From: Oscillospiraceae bacterium LBM23126
GTDB lineage: Bacteria; Bacillota; Clostridia; Oscillospirales; Butyricicoccaceae
Direction: 5' to 3' (one strand)
Assembly (NCBI GenBank): GCA_047936785.1
Contig: CP176394.1
Length of the DNA stretch: 64,000 bases
Shown one piece after another: positions 18,565-27,048 of this stretch. The notes beneath the pieces were generated by a model. The model saw only the letters and a program-made list of their open reading frames with translations, had not been told where the DNA came from and did not search any database. The position numbers and the translations under genes are program-made. The first letter of the stretch is position 1. Each line of letters begins with the position of its first letter.

Positions 18565-21500
18565 CTACTGTTTTGCTCCGGTCAGATAGCGTTCCACAAT
18601 AGCGGAAGCTTCGGCGCGGGAAAGGCTGTCGCCGGCGCGGAGCATTTTGTGTTCATCGCCGCCGATGATTTTCTGTTCCACAGCCCAGTTCATGGCTTCA
18701 TGGGCGAAGGTGCTGATCTTGGCGGTATCGCCGAAATTCGCTTCGGCCATCCGGCCCTTCGCTTGGGGGGAACCTTCCAAACGCCAGAGCATGGTCATAA
18801 ATTCTTCGCGCGTCATGTTGCTCAGCGGCGCAGAGCCATCTGAAATGTTGGCGTGCAAAGCCCAGCTGCGTGCGCCGTCATACCAGTTCTTCCCGGCGGC
18901 GTCTTCCTGGCCGGCCATGCGTTCCAGCACAGCCCAGCACATGGCGCGCTGCATGGGCAGCGCCTCATCAAAGCGGTTCGGCTGGGTTCCTTGAAACAGT
19001 TCGCGCGCGGCAACAAAAGTGATCGCCTGCGCGGCCCAATCGTTTTCAGAAACATCGACAAATGCTTTTTTGTTTTCTTCAAAGGTTACCACCGCGCCGC
19101 TTTTGACGGAAAGCTTCACGGTTCCGTTGGCGGCAAAAGCGGAGGGCAGAATTTTGCCATCGACCTTCACCACAAGCGCGGCCTGATCCAAAGCGGTGCT
19201 GCCCTGCTTCAGAACGCGATCGGCGGGGATGGCGATATCCACCTGCGGCAAAGCAACCGATTGGCCGCCCTTTTCTGCCGAAAGGGTCAGTTCTTTAATA
19301 TAATTACCCGTTTCACTCTTTTTCATGTTTGCTCTGACGGTCAGTTCACCGGAAGCGGGAAGCGCCGCAACGGCTTCTTTGGGCAAAACCATCGAAAGCG
19401 ACGGTGCGCTCAGCTTCAGATCTTCTTTCTTTTGCAGAACGCTTGCGGGGATGGCGGCGGTGACCTGGGCGTCTTTGCCCGCCTTGTCTTCGCCTGTGAT
19501 GCGCACTTCCTGCGAGGGCGTTTTTTCGGGGGCGTCGTCTTCGGCGGCGTTGATCACATTCACCGTCAGTTTTAAGGGCTTTGTATAACGCACAGCGTCA
19601 TAGGTTTTGCCCGCGGCGGTCATGGGAAAACGCACCTGTTCCAGCGTCAGTTCGGCTTTGCCCACAGAAACGGCGGTCAGCATGCCGTTTTCCGCTTTTA
19701 CCACAGAAGGGTCAGAAGATTTCACGCTCAGCGCCTGTGTCTGCGGTGCGGTGTGGTTATCAAACAGAATGGCGGGGGCGGCTGTGGTGCCCATTCTCAT
19801 GGTTCCCACCGAAAAACGCCTCGCCACATCTTCGCCCGAATAGGCCATGGAAACCGTGACGGGCGGTTTTAGGAATTTCTTTGTGTTGATCCAATATTTC
19901 GTGATGGAATCTATTTTGTTCAGCGGCGCGGTGAATACAGAATCGCCCGCTTCGTTTTTGGTGGAAGAACCGATCTGGTTGTCATATTTATCGCGGCATT
20001 CTACGAAAAACACTGTCTCGCCGGGGATCTTCGCCGTAACGGGCAGCGAAGAAAGATTGCCGCCGGAAAGAGTGGCCAAATCAAATTCCACTTTTGTATC
20101 CACATGAAAATTTGCTGTGTCGCCATCATAAAAATGGAAGTTCAAGACTCCGGCGGGGATCACTTCATCCTTTTCCGTGCCTGACTGACGCAGAGTGACT
20201 TCCGCGGTGAGAAAATCGGCGCCTTGGAAAGTGCCGTCGTTTGCCACACGGAAAGAGAAGGTGTTGCCGCTCACAGAAAGATCCGATGCGCTCAGCCCGG
20301 CAGCGGCATTGCCGTTCAAAGCGTTTTTGAGGTCGATTTTCACCGCAGGGTCCAGCGCCACCGGTGCGCCTGCCGCGGTGACAAGGCTTCCTGTGATGAC
20401 AGAAGATTTCCGCTCGGCGCTTTTGCTGTCGATCTTCACAAAAAGATCGTCTGTGGTCAGGCTGGCGTGGTAATCGGCATCCTGCTGAAAGTGAGCGGGC
20501 AGCGCCAGATTATAATTGAAGATCGAACCTACCGAAAAATCATAATAACTGAAAGTGACCATGAGCTTTTCGATGGTATCCAGGGGAGGGCCGAATTTTC
20601 GATCTTCAAACGCGAAGCTTGCTTCTTTGGTGTTTGCGCCAAAACCTACCGTGATTCCCGGAATCCCTTCGGATGTGGTGAAAGTGATGCCGCCTTCACT
20701 ATATCCGGATTCCGTCTGAGCGTTCAGCACTTCTTCAACGCCCAGAACCTCGGGGATTTCTGCGGTGACGGTGCCGCCCGCACTGGGGCCGGTGATCTGC
20801 ATGGTTTCGCGCTGGGGCAGCGATTGGCTGTTGGCTTCGATGATGCATTTTTCTTTGCCGGCCATCACCACCTGCATATATTTTGAAATGGCGCTGATAT
20901 CGGTGATATGGTTGGCGTTGAGTTTGATATAGTTCAAATGTTCCAGCGATTTCAGGCATTCCACATCTTCATTGACCAGATCGTTGCTTTCGATGCTGAT
21001 ATATTGAAGGCCCGTCATATCTGCCAAAGCTTCAACGGGCAGATGGGCGCGGCCGCGGTTGGCGTAATGAAGGTCGAAAAAAGTGACATTTTTCAGCGGT
21101 TTCAGCGGGGTGATATCCCAGATGCTGTTGTTATACAGATCCAGATGGATCAGTTGGGTCAGCCCGCCCAGAGGGGCGAGTTCCAAAATATTATTGCGGT
21201 GAAGGTCTAAATAAGTAAGGTTCTTCAGCCCTGCCAGCGGCGAAAGGTCGCTGATCCAGTTGTCGCTGAGCGCAAGGCTTTTCAAATTGACGGCATATTG
21301 AAGCCCTTCCAGGCTTTGAATGCCGTGATTATGCGCAGGATTGTCGCTGATATTCCCTTCTGCGGGCAGATAGGGCATTTTACTGCTGGAAAGCCCCAAT
21401 AACCCAAAGACAGAAGAAGCATCCTCATCTCTGGCGGTTTCGATCGCTGCGGCATCGCCGCCTGTGAGCAGCGCCATTTCTTCTTTTGTGATGGCCTGAT

Positions 21501-21678
21501 CGTCTTTGCGCGTTGTTTTTTGGATGTCGGCCAGTTTCTGGTTGATCACGGTGCGCAGCACAGGGTCGGGCACCACATTGCCAGCGGCGGCATCTGCCGC
21601 TTTTGCCGCCGGGATCGCCCACGGCATCAGCAAAAACAGACAGAGGACCAAGCCGAGCAGTCTTATGCTTTTTTTCAT
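18565..21678 (-). CDS. large surface protein: signal peptide, leucine-rich repeats (internalin-like), Ig-like/Big-type beta domains, C-terminal triple SLH anchor
   Basis: LxxLxLxxNxIxDLSPLAGLKNLTYLDLHRNNI LRR units near N-terminus; three SLH motifs at C-terminus (FVDVSENDWAAQAITFVAARELF, etc.). Confidence 0.8.
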   Translation of the reverse strand: MKKSIRLLGLVLCLFLLMPWAIPAAKAADAAAGNVVPDPVLRTVINQKLADIQKTTRKDDQAITKEEMALLTGGDAAAIETARDEDASSVFGLLGLSSSKMPYLPAEGNISDNPAHNHGIQSLEGLQYAVNLKSLALSDNWISDLSPLAGLKNLTYLDLHRNNILELAPLGGLTQLIHLDLYNNSIWDITPLKPLKNVTFFDLHYANRGRAHLPVEALADMTGLQYISIESNDLVNEDVECLKSLEHLNYIKLNANHITDISAISKYMQVVMAGKEKCIIEANSQSLPQRETMQITGPSAGGTVTAEIPEVLGVEEVLNAQTESGYSEGGITFTTSEGIPGITVGFGANTKEASFAFEDRKFGPPLDTIEKLMVTFSYYDFSVGSIFNYNLALPAHFQQDADYHASLTTDDLFVKIDSKSAERKSSVITGSLVTAAGAPVALDPAVKIDLKNALNGNAAAGLSASDLSVSGNTFSFRVANDGTFQGADFLTAEVTLRQSGTEKDEVIPAGVLNFHFYDGDTANFHVDTKVEFDLATLSGGNLSSLPVTAKIPGETVFFVECRDKYDNQIGSSTKNEAGDSVFTAPLNKIDSITKYWINTKKFLKPPVTVSMAYSGEDVARRFSVGTMRMGTTAAPAILFDNHTAPQTQALSVKSSDPSVVKAENGMLTAVSVGKAELTLEQVRFPMTAAGKTYDAVRYTKPLKLTVNVINAAEDDAPEKTPSQEVRITGEDKAGKDAQVTAAIPASVLQKKEDLKLSAPSLSMVLPKEAVAALPASGELTVRANMKKSETGNYIKELTLSAEKGGQSVALPQVDIAIPADRVLKQGSTALDQAALVVKVDGKILPSAFAANGTVKLSVKSGAVVTFEENKKAFVDVSENDWAAQAITFVAARELFQGTQPNRFDEALPMQRAMCWAVLERMAGQEDAAGKNWYDGARSWALHANISDGSAPLSNMTREEFMTMLWRLEGSPQAKGRMAEANFGDTAKISTFAHEAMNWAVEQKIIGGDEHKMLRAGDSLSRAEASAIVERYLTGAKQ

Positions 21679-21929
21679 CGGTTTTTCATTCTTCCTCTCT
21701 TTTTAGTGACATGTCAACTTCAATTATTACGAAAGCTTTACAACCTGTCAAGAAAATCGGCACTTCATTTGAATTTACAATAGGGGCATTGCTTCTTATT
21801 TGTATAGCAAATAATTACATTTTTAAAATTTATCACCGATTTGCTATTTCAAATATTCCTCATTCGTGTGATTTTAATAAGAAATAAAAATGAAACAAAG
21901 TTGCGGCGATATTCAAACAGAGAGAGAAA

Positions 21930-21990
21930 AACAAAAAAACAGCCCGCAGGATTTCCCGATCTCGCAGAGCGGAAAATCTTGCGGGCTGTT
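21930..21990 (-). terminator. intrinsic terminator of amidohydrolase gene
   Basis: cagcccgcaag...cttgcgggctg stem with T-run on minus strand (aaaaaaa on plus). Confidence 0.55.
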
Positions 21991-22009
21991 AAGAGGGAAA
22001 CGAAACGGT

Positions 22010-23116
22010 TTAGCCCAGCCGCAGGTGAGCAACGCGGCAGAAAATGGCGGAACCGTGGTCTAACGCATGGTGGTCGAAGGCCATATCTTTATGGTGCAGC
22101 CCGGGGGAAGCGTTGGCGCCCAGGGCGATATAGCTCGCGTCGCAGCCCAGCTTTTTGGCAAACCAGTGAAAATCTTCGCCGCCGGGGTTGCTCAAATCGG
22201 GGATCAGCCCATCTTCGCCCAGCACATCGATAATGGCCTTGCGGCAAAGATCGATGCTTTTTTGTGTGTAGATGGCGGCGGGAACATAGCCGCTTTCGAT
22301 GCTGACGGCCTCTGCGCCGATGGCCTTCACCGAATAGGTCACGGCATTGCGCATTTTTTCCAGAAGGCGATCCATCTCGTCGTTATCCTGGCAGCGGATA
22401 TCGATGGCCATGGTGATCTCATCGGGGATGATGTTCATGGAACCCGCCCCCACCTGAAGCTGCGTCACTTTGAGGGAATGCACCACGCGGGGGTTGCCGT
22501 GGATGGCGTTGATGGCGTTCACGGCCAAAACGGCGGCATCCACCGCGTTGACCCCCAGGTGGGGTCGTGCGCCGTGGGCGGTGAGACCGCGGATCTTCAC
22601 ATGGGTGGGCGCGCCGGCGCTGTGATACATGGCCGCCGCCGCATGGCCCACGGTGGTGTCGTCAACGGGGCGGATATGCATGCCGATGATTTCATCCAAA
22701 TCGTTGACAAGGCCGCTGTCGATCACGGTCAGGGCGCCATAAAGGGTTTCTTCGCCCGGCTGAAAGATGATATAAAGCTTGCCGGTTTGGATACCGTCTT
22801 CGGCGATCTGGCGCGCGGCGGCCATCAGCATGGAAGAATGGGCGTCATGGCCGCAGGCGTGGCGGTATTCGGTGTGGCCGTCGATTTCGAAAGCCAGGGC
22901 ATCCATATCGGCGCGCAGGCCCAGAACGGGGCCGGGGTTTCCGCTTTCCAGAACGCCGATCACGCCGGTGGAGCCGCCCACATGGCGGATGACGCGGTAG
23001 CCGTATTTCTCCAGTTCATCGGCTAAAAACGCAGAGGTGCGATGCTCGGCAAGCCCGATCTCGGGCATAGCGTGCAGCGCTTGAAAAACTTCATGCACAT
23101 AATTGGGGTGATCCAT
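22010..23116 (-). CDS. M20D family amidohydrolase (N-acyl-amino acid amidohydrolase / hippuricase-like)
   Basis: 368 aa; MDHPNYVHEVFQALHAMPEIGLAEHRTSAFLADELE N-terminus and metal-binding His/Glu pattern of the M20D amidohydrolase family. Confidence 0.8.
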   Translation of the reverse strand: MDHPNYVHEVFQALHAMPEIGLAEHRTSAFLADELEKYGYRVIRHVGGSTGVIGVLESGNPGPVLGLRADMDALAFEIDGHTEYRHACGHDAHSSMLMAAARQIAEDGIQTGKLYIIFQPGEETLYGALTVIDSGLVNDLDEIIGMHIRPVDDTTVGHAAAAMYHSAGAPTHVKIRGLTAHGARPHLGVNAVDAAVLAVNAINAIHGNPRVVHSLKVTQLQVGAGSMNIIPDEITMAIDIRCQDNDEMDRLLEKMRNAVTYSVKAIGAEAVSIESGYVPAAIYTQKSIDLCRKAIIDVLGEDGLIPDLSNPGGEDFHWFAKKLGCDASYIALGANASPGLHHKDMAFDHHALDHGSAIFCRVAHLRLG

Positions 23117-23164
23117 AAGCCACGATCCTTTCTGATAGTCGAATTTCTGTTTCCATCATACAAC

Positions 23165-23200
23165 AAAAAGCCTCTTCTTTCAAAAAGAAAAGGCTTTTGT
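23165..23200. terminator. bidirectional terminator hairpin
   Basis: aaaagcctcttctttcaaaaagaaaaggctttt palindromic stem with T-runs on both sides. Confidence 0.6.
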
Positions 23201-23208
23201 TTTAAAAT

Positions 23209-25089
23209 TTATGCTTTTGCAATGGCCACGATCACGCGGATGCACCCGCCGGCGGGGAACCCCTGCTGATCGTAATAACCCGTCAGCGAGAACCGTGAAA
23301 CATCCGCTATGGTGGAAAGATTCACGGCGGTATAGCTGCCGTCGGGCAGCTTTTGAACGATCTGCACACCATCGGCCAAAGGATAGGTCACGCTGCCCGC
23401 CGAAGCCGAAAGCGCGCCGATCTGGGTGAGCGAAACCGAAGCGAGGTTTTTCATGCCGCTGATCTCGCCGTCTTCATAGCGCAGAAGAACGCCGCCCTTG
23501 GATACATTATAAATGCTGCTGTCGCTGCCGGTGCGGCCGATCTTGCCGTTTGCCAGATATTCATAGCTGCCCGAAACACTGGTGCCGCTGCCCGAAATTT
23601 CGGTGACAGAGGTGAGCAGGCCATAGGTGAACGCGTCGCCGGTGGCGTCTTTCAAGATCATGCGGCATATTTTGCCTTCGGTGTCCAGCTGATACCAAAG
23701 CACCTGTGTTTCCGTCAGCGCGGCCCCCGCCAGGCGGGCGGGATAAACTTTGCAGAATTCGCCGGTGGAAGAAACCTCGATGATCTCGGGGGAAGCTGAG
23801 AAAGCAAGGGTGCCCAGCGCCGTGCCCGAAGCGTTCACCACGCCGTTGAGCCCGCGCCCGCTCAGGCCGGAAACCGTTTGCTTTGCGTTGGGGTAAGAAA
23901 CCGAGATCAGCGCGTTTTTCTCATATTCGGTGGAACCTGTGCCATATTGGCGAACCACGCCGTCTGTGCAGACCACCCGCGCCATCGATTCGGCGTGAAC
24001 GGCCCCGTTTGCATCGGTATAGCTTTGGGTGCCGGAAGCGATCACCACGCCATATTGAGTCTGCTCGGTTTCGGAAACGGCGATCACATCACACACGGCG
24101 CCGTTTTTATCCAGCAGCAGGGTGACGCTGTCGCCCGGGGCAAAGCCGCCCAGAGAAGAAAGCTTATAGACTGCCGAAGAAGTGCCCAGCGAATAGGTGT
24201 TGCCCGCCACGGTAACGGAAGAAGGCGCGGCGGTGTTGGGCGAAGCGGCGGTATAGACGCCCGAAACGCGGCTGCGATAAAGCCAGACGGTGCGCATGTT
24301 TTTGCTGTAATAATAAACATCAAAAACAGAAGCGTCGCCCAGCGAAGCGGTTTTGCCGTTGAGAAAGACCATGGAACCCGCGGCGTCAAAAGGCAGCGCC
24401 GCTGCCAGAGTCTGGCCGCTTTGCAGCACATAGGGGCCGTTCATCTCTTTGGCCACCAGCGAAGCGTAATCCAGTTGCCCCGCGGCGTTGACCGAATAGC
24501 CGAGGCCCGCGGCATAGATCTGCCCCGCCTGGGTCTGGGCGGTCATCATGTTATAAAAAAGATACATGCAGTCCGTGCGGCTCATGATCTGGCTGCGGGT
24601 CTTGGAAACGCCGTCGTCTAAACCGAGGGCGGCATATTTGGCCAGCTGTGCCGAAGGATAAGTGCCCGGCAGCTTTTCAGAGGTATAGCCCAGCAGCCGC
24701 AAAACAGCCGTGGCGGCTTCTTCCAGCCTGATGGTGCTGTCGGGGTGGAAAGTGCCGTCGGTATAACCGATGAACCAGCCCTGTTCCACCGCAATGCGGA
24801 TATATTCCACCGCCCAGTGGTTTTGCTTTACATCTTTAAAAAGCGAAATGCCCGAAGAGGTGCCCACCGTATCGCGGAAGGAAGAAGCGGCCACCATCAT
24901 TTTGGCGAATTGGGCGCGGGTCACATTCTGGGTCAGGTTCATCCGGCCGTTTTCATCGCCTGTCATGATGCCCAGCGCGCGGATGGTCTGCAAAACCGTT
25001 TCCGAAGAATCGGCGGCGCGGGCGGCGGGCATCAGAAAAAGGGATGCGCAGAGGCAAAGGCTCAGCAGAGCCGAAAGGTATCGTTTCAT
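23209..25089 (-). CDS. secreted SLH-domain protein with large uncharacterized beta-rich C-terminal region
   Basis: Start at MKRYLS (AGGAGG RBS), signal peptide, three N-terminal SLH repeats; Ser/Gly/Thr-rich C-terminal 450 aa. Confidence 0.75.
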   Translation of the reverse strand: MKRYLSALLSLCLCASLFLMPAARAADSSETVLQTIRALGIMTGDENGRMNLTQNVTRAQFAKMMVAASSFRDTVGTSSGISLFKDVKQNHWAVEYIRIAVEQGWFIGYTDGTFHPDSTIRLEEAATAVLRLLGYTSEKLPGTYPSAQLAKYAALGLDDGVSKTRSQIMSRTDCMYLFYNMMTAQTQAGQIYAAGLGYSVNAAGQLDYASLVAKEMNGPYVLQSGQTLAAALPFDAAGSMVFLNGKTASLGDASVFDVYYYSKNMRTVWLYRSRVSGVYTAASPNTAAPSSVTVAGNTYSLGTSSAVYKLSSLGGFAPGDSVTLLLDKNGAVCDVIAVSETEQTQYGVVIASGTQSYTDANGAVHAESMARVVCTDGVVRQYGTGSTEYEKNALISVSYPNAKQTVSGLSGRGLNGVVNASGTALGTLAFSASPEIIEVSSTGEFCKVYPARLAGAALTETQVLWYQLDTEGKICRMILKDATGDAFTYGLLTSVTEISGSGTSVSGSYEYLANGKIGRTGSDSSIYNVSKGGVLLRYEDGEISGMKNLASVSLTQIGALSASAGSVTYPLADGVQIVQKLPDGSYTAVNLSTIADVSRFSLTGYYDQQGFPAGGCIRVIVAIAKA

Positions 25090-25105
25090 AAAACTGTCTT
25101 CCTCC

Positions 25106-26299
25106 TTAATCATAGCGCAGCGCGTCGATGGGGTTGAGCACCGCGGCCTTTTTTGCGGGCAGATAGCCAAACAGAATGCCGATGCCCGCCGAGATGCCGA
25201 AAGCCAGCAAAACCGAGGGCAGCGAAGGCGTCACCGGCAGGTTCACATCCCACACCATGGTGATGACCTGTGTGGCGATGGAAGAAAGCCCATAACCCAG
25301 AGCAATGCCGATCACCCCGCCCAAAGCGCTGGTGGTGGCGGCTTCAATGACGAATTGCGACATGATATAGCGTTCTTTGGCGCCAAGCGCCTTGCGAATG
25401 CCGATCTCACGGGTGCGCTCGGTAACAGAAACCAGCATGATGTTCATAATGCCGATGCCGCCCACCACCAAAGAAATGCCCGCGATGATCGCCAGAACAG
25501 AGATCATAATGTTGATCATGCTGGTCATGGTGTCAAGCACTTCGCTCATGCTGATGACGGAATAGGCGTTGTCGTCTTCAAAAACATCATAAAGCTCGTC
25601 TTCCACCACTTTTTTGCTGGCGGAAGCCTGATCTTCATCGGTGACGGTGAGAATATAGCTGCTGATGCGCGTGGTGCCCAGGCGGGCCGCCGTGCTGTAT
25701 GGCAGATAAACGGCGTCGTCTGTTCCGCCCTCTTCGCTGTCGGCTTCTTCTTTTAAAACGCCCACAATGGTGAAAGCGGTTCCGTTGATCTTCAGCGTGC
25801 CGCCAAGGGCCTTGCCGTCGAACCATTCTTTGTTGATATAGCTGCCCACCACACAAACATGCTTGCGCCTGTCGATATCGATGAACTGAAGCCCGCGGCC
25901 CGATTCCACGGTATATTGCTTGATCTCGAAATAATCTTCGCTGACCCCGGTGACCGTGGCCGAAGAAGCGGTCTCATCGCCGATCTTCACCGTGCTCGAC
26001 ATCATGGTGGCCGTGGGCGAGAGCAGCGCCAGCTCTTTGGGGTGGTCTGCCACGATCTGATACATATCCTCCACAGAAACATTGCGCGAAGAGCCGCGCC
26101 CCGTGATCATCACGGTGAGGGTGTTTGTGCCAAGGCTTGCGAAGCTGTCGCGCATATAAATTTCCATGCCGTTGCCCAGCCCCACGATCACGATCACGGC
26201 GGTCACGCCGATGATGATGCCCAGCATCGTTAAAAAGGTGCGCATTTTGCTTGAAAAAATGTTTTTCAGCGCCAGTTCGAACGATTCAAAAAAATTCAA
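25106..26299 (-). CDS. ABC transporter permease, MacB/FtsX family
   Basis: N-terminal TM, large periplasmic loop, C-terminal FtsX 3-TM bundle. Confidence 0.85.
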   Translation of the reverse strand: MNFFESFELALKNIFSSKMRTFLTMLGIIIGVTAVIVIVGLGNGMEIYMRDSFASLGTNTLTVMITGRGSSRNVSVEDMYQIVADHPKELALLSPTATMMSSTVKIGDETASSATVTGVSEDYFEIKQYTVESGRGLQFIDIDRRKHVCVVGSYINKEWFDGKALGGTLKINGTAFTIVGVLKEEADSEEGGTDDAVYLPYSTAARLGTTRISSYILTVTDEDQASASKKVVEDELYDVFEDDNAYSVISMSEVLDTMTSMINIMISVLAIIAGISLVVGGIGIMNIMLVSVTERTREIGIRKALGAKERYIMSQFVIEAATTSALGGVIGIALGYGLSSIATQVITMVWDVNLPVTPSLPSVLLAFGISAGIGILFGYLPAKKAAVLNPIDALRYD

Positions 26300-27048
26300 A
26301 GCGCCGTCACCTCTTCCTCGGTTTCTTCGGGGATGGCCGCCACGGAAGCGGGGGTGGGCGCGCCCTGGGCCGGGCCGTCATAGACCACGCGGCCGTCTTC
26401 CAGGCGGATGATGCGCTGGGCCGTGGAAGCAATGGCGTTGTCATGGGTGATGAGCACGATGGTGTTGCCGGCCTTATGCAGGCGGCGCAGGATCATCAGC
26501 ACTTCGCGCCCCGTGTGGGAATCCAGCGCGCCGGTGGGTTCATCGGCCAAAATCAGCGCGGGCTCGCCCACCAGAGCGCGGGCGATGGAAACGCGCTGCT
26601 GCTGGCCGCCCGAAAGCTGGTTGGGCCGGTGCTTGATCTTGTCGCTCAGGCCCACCTTTTCCAAAGCGGCGGCCGAGCGCCTGCGCCGTTCGGCTTTGGG
26701 AACGCCCGCATACATCAGCGGCACTTCCACATTTTCCTGCAAATTGATCTTGGGCAGCAGGTTATACTGCTGAAAAATAAAACCGATCTTTTCGTTGCGG
26801 ATCTCGGCCAGTTCGTTTTTGTTCATGTCGCCCACATTGCGCCCATCCAAAAGATAATCGCCGTCGGTGGGCACATCCAGACAGCCGATGATGTTCATGC
26901 AGGTGGATTTGCCCGAACCCGATTGGCCCACGATGGCCACAAATTCGCCGGGATAGATCTTCATGGAGATCTCATCGGCGGCTTTCACCACGGAATCGCC
27001 CATGGTGTAATATTTGCAGACTTTGCGAAATTCGATCAGTGGGTTCAT
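26296..27048 (-). CDS. ABC transporter ATP-binding protein (MacB/LolD-type)
   Basis: Walker A GQSGSGKST, signature LSGGQQQRVSIARAL, Walker B ILADEPTGALD. Confidence 0.9.
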   Translation of the reverse strand: MNPLIEFRKVCKYYTMGDSVVKAADEISMKIYPGEFVAIVGQSGSGKSTCMNIIGCLDVPTDGDYLLDGRNVGDMNKNELAEIRNEKIGFIFQQYNLLPKINLQENVEVPLMYAGVPKAERRRRSAAALEKVGLSDKIKHRPNQLSGGQQQRVSIARALVGEPALILADEPTGALDSHTGREVLMILRRLHKAGNTIVLITHDNAIASTAQRIIRLEDGRVVYDGPAQGAPTPASVAAIPEETEEEVTAL

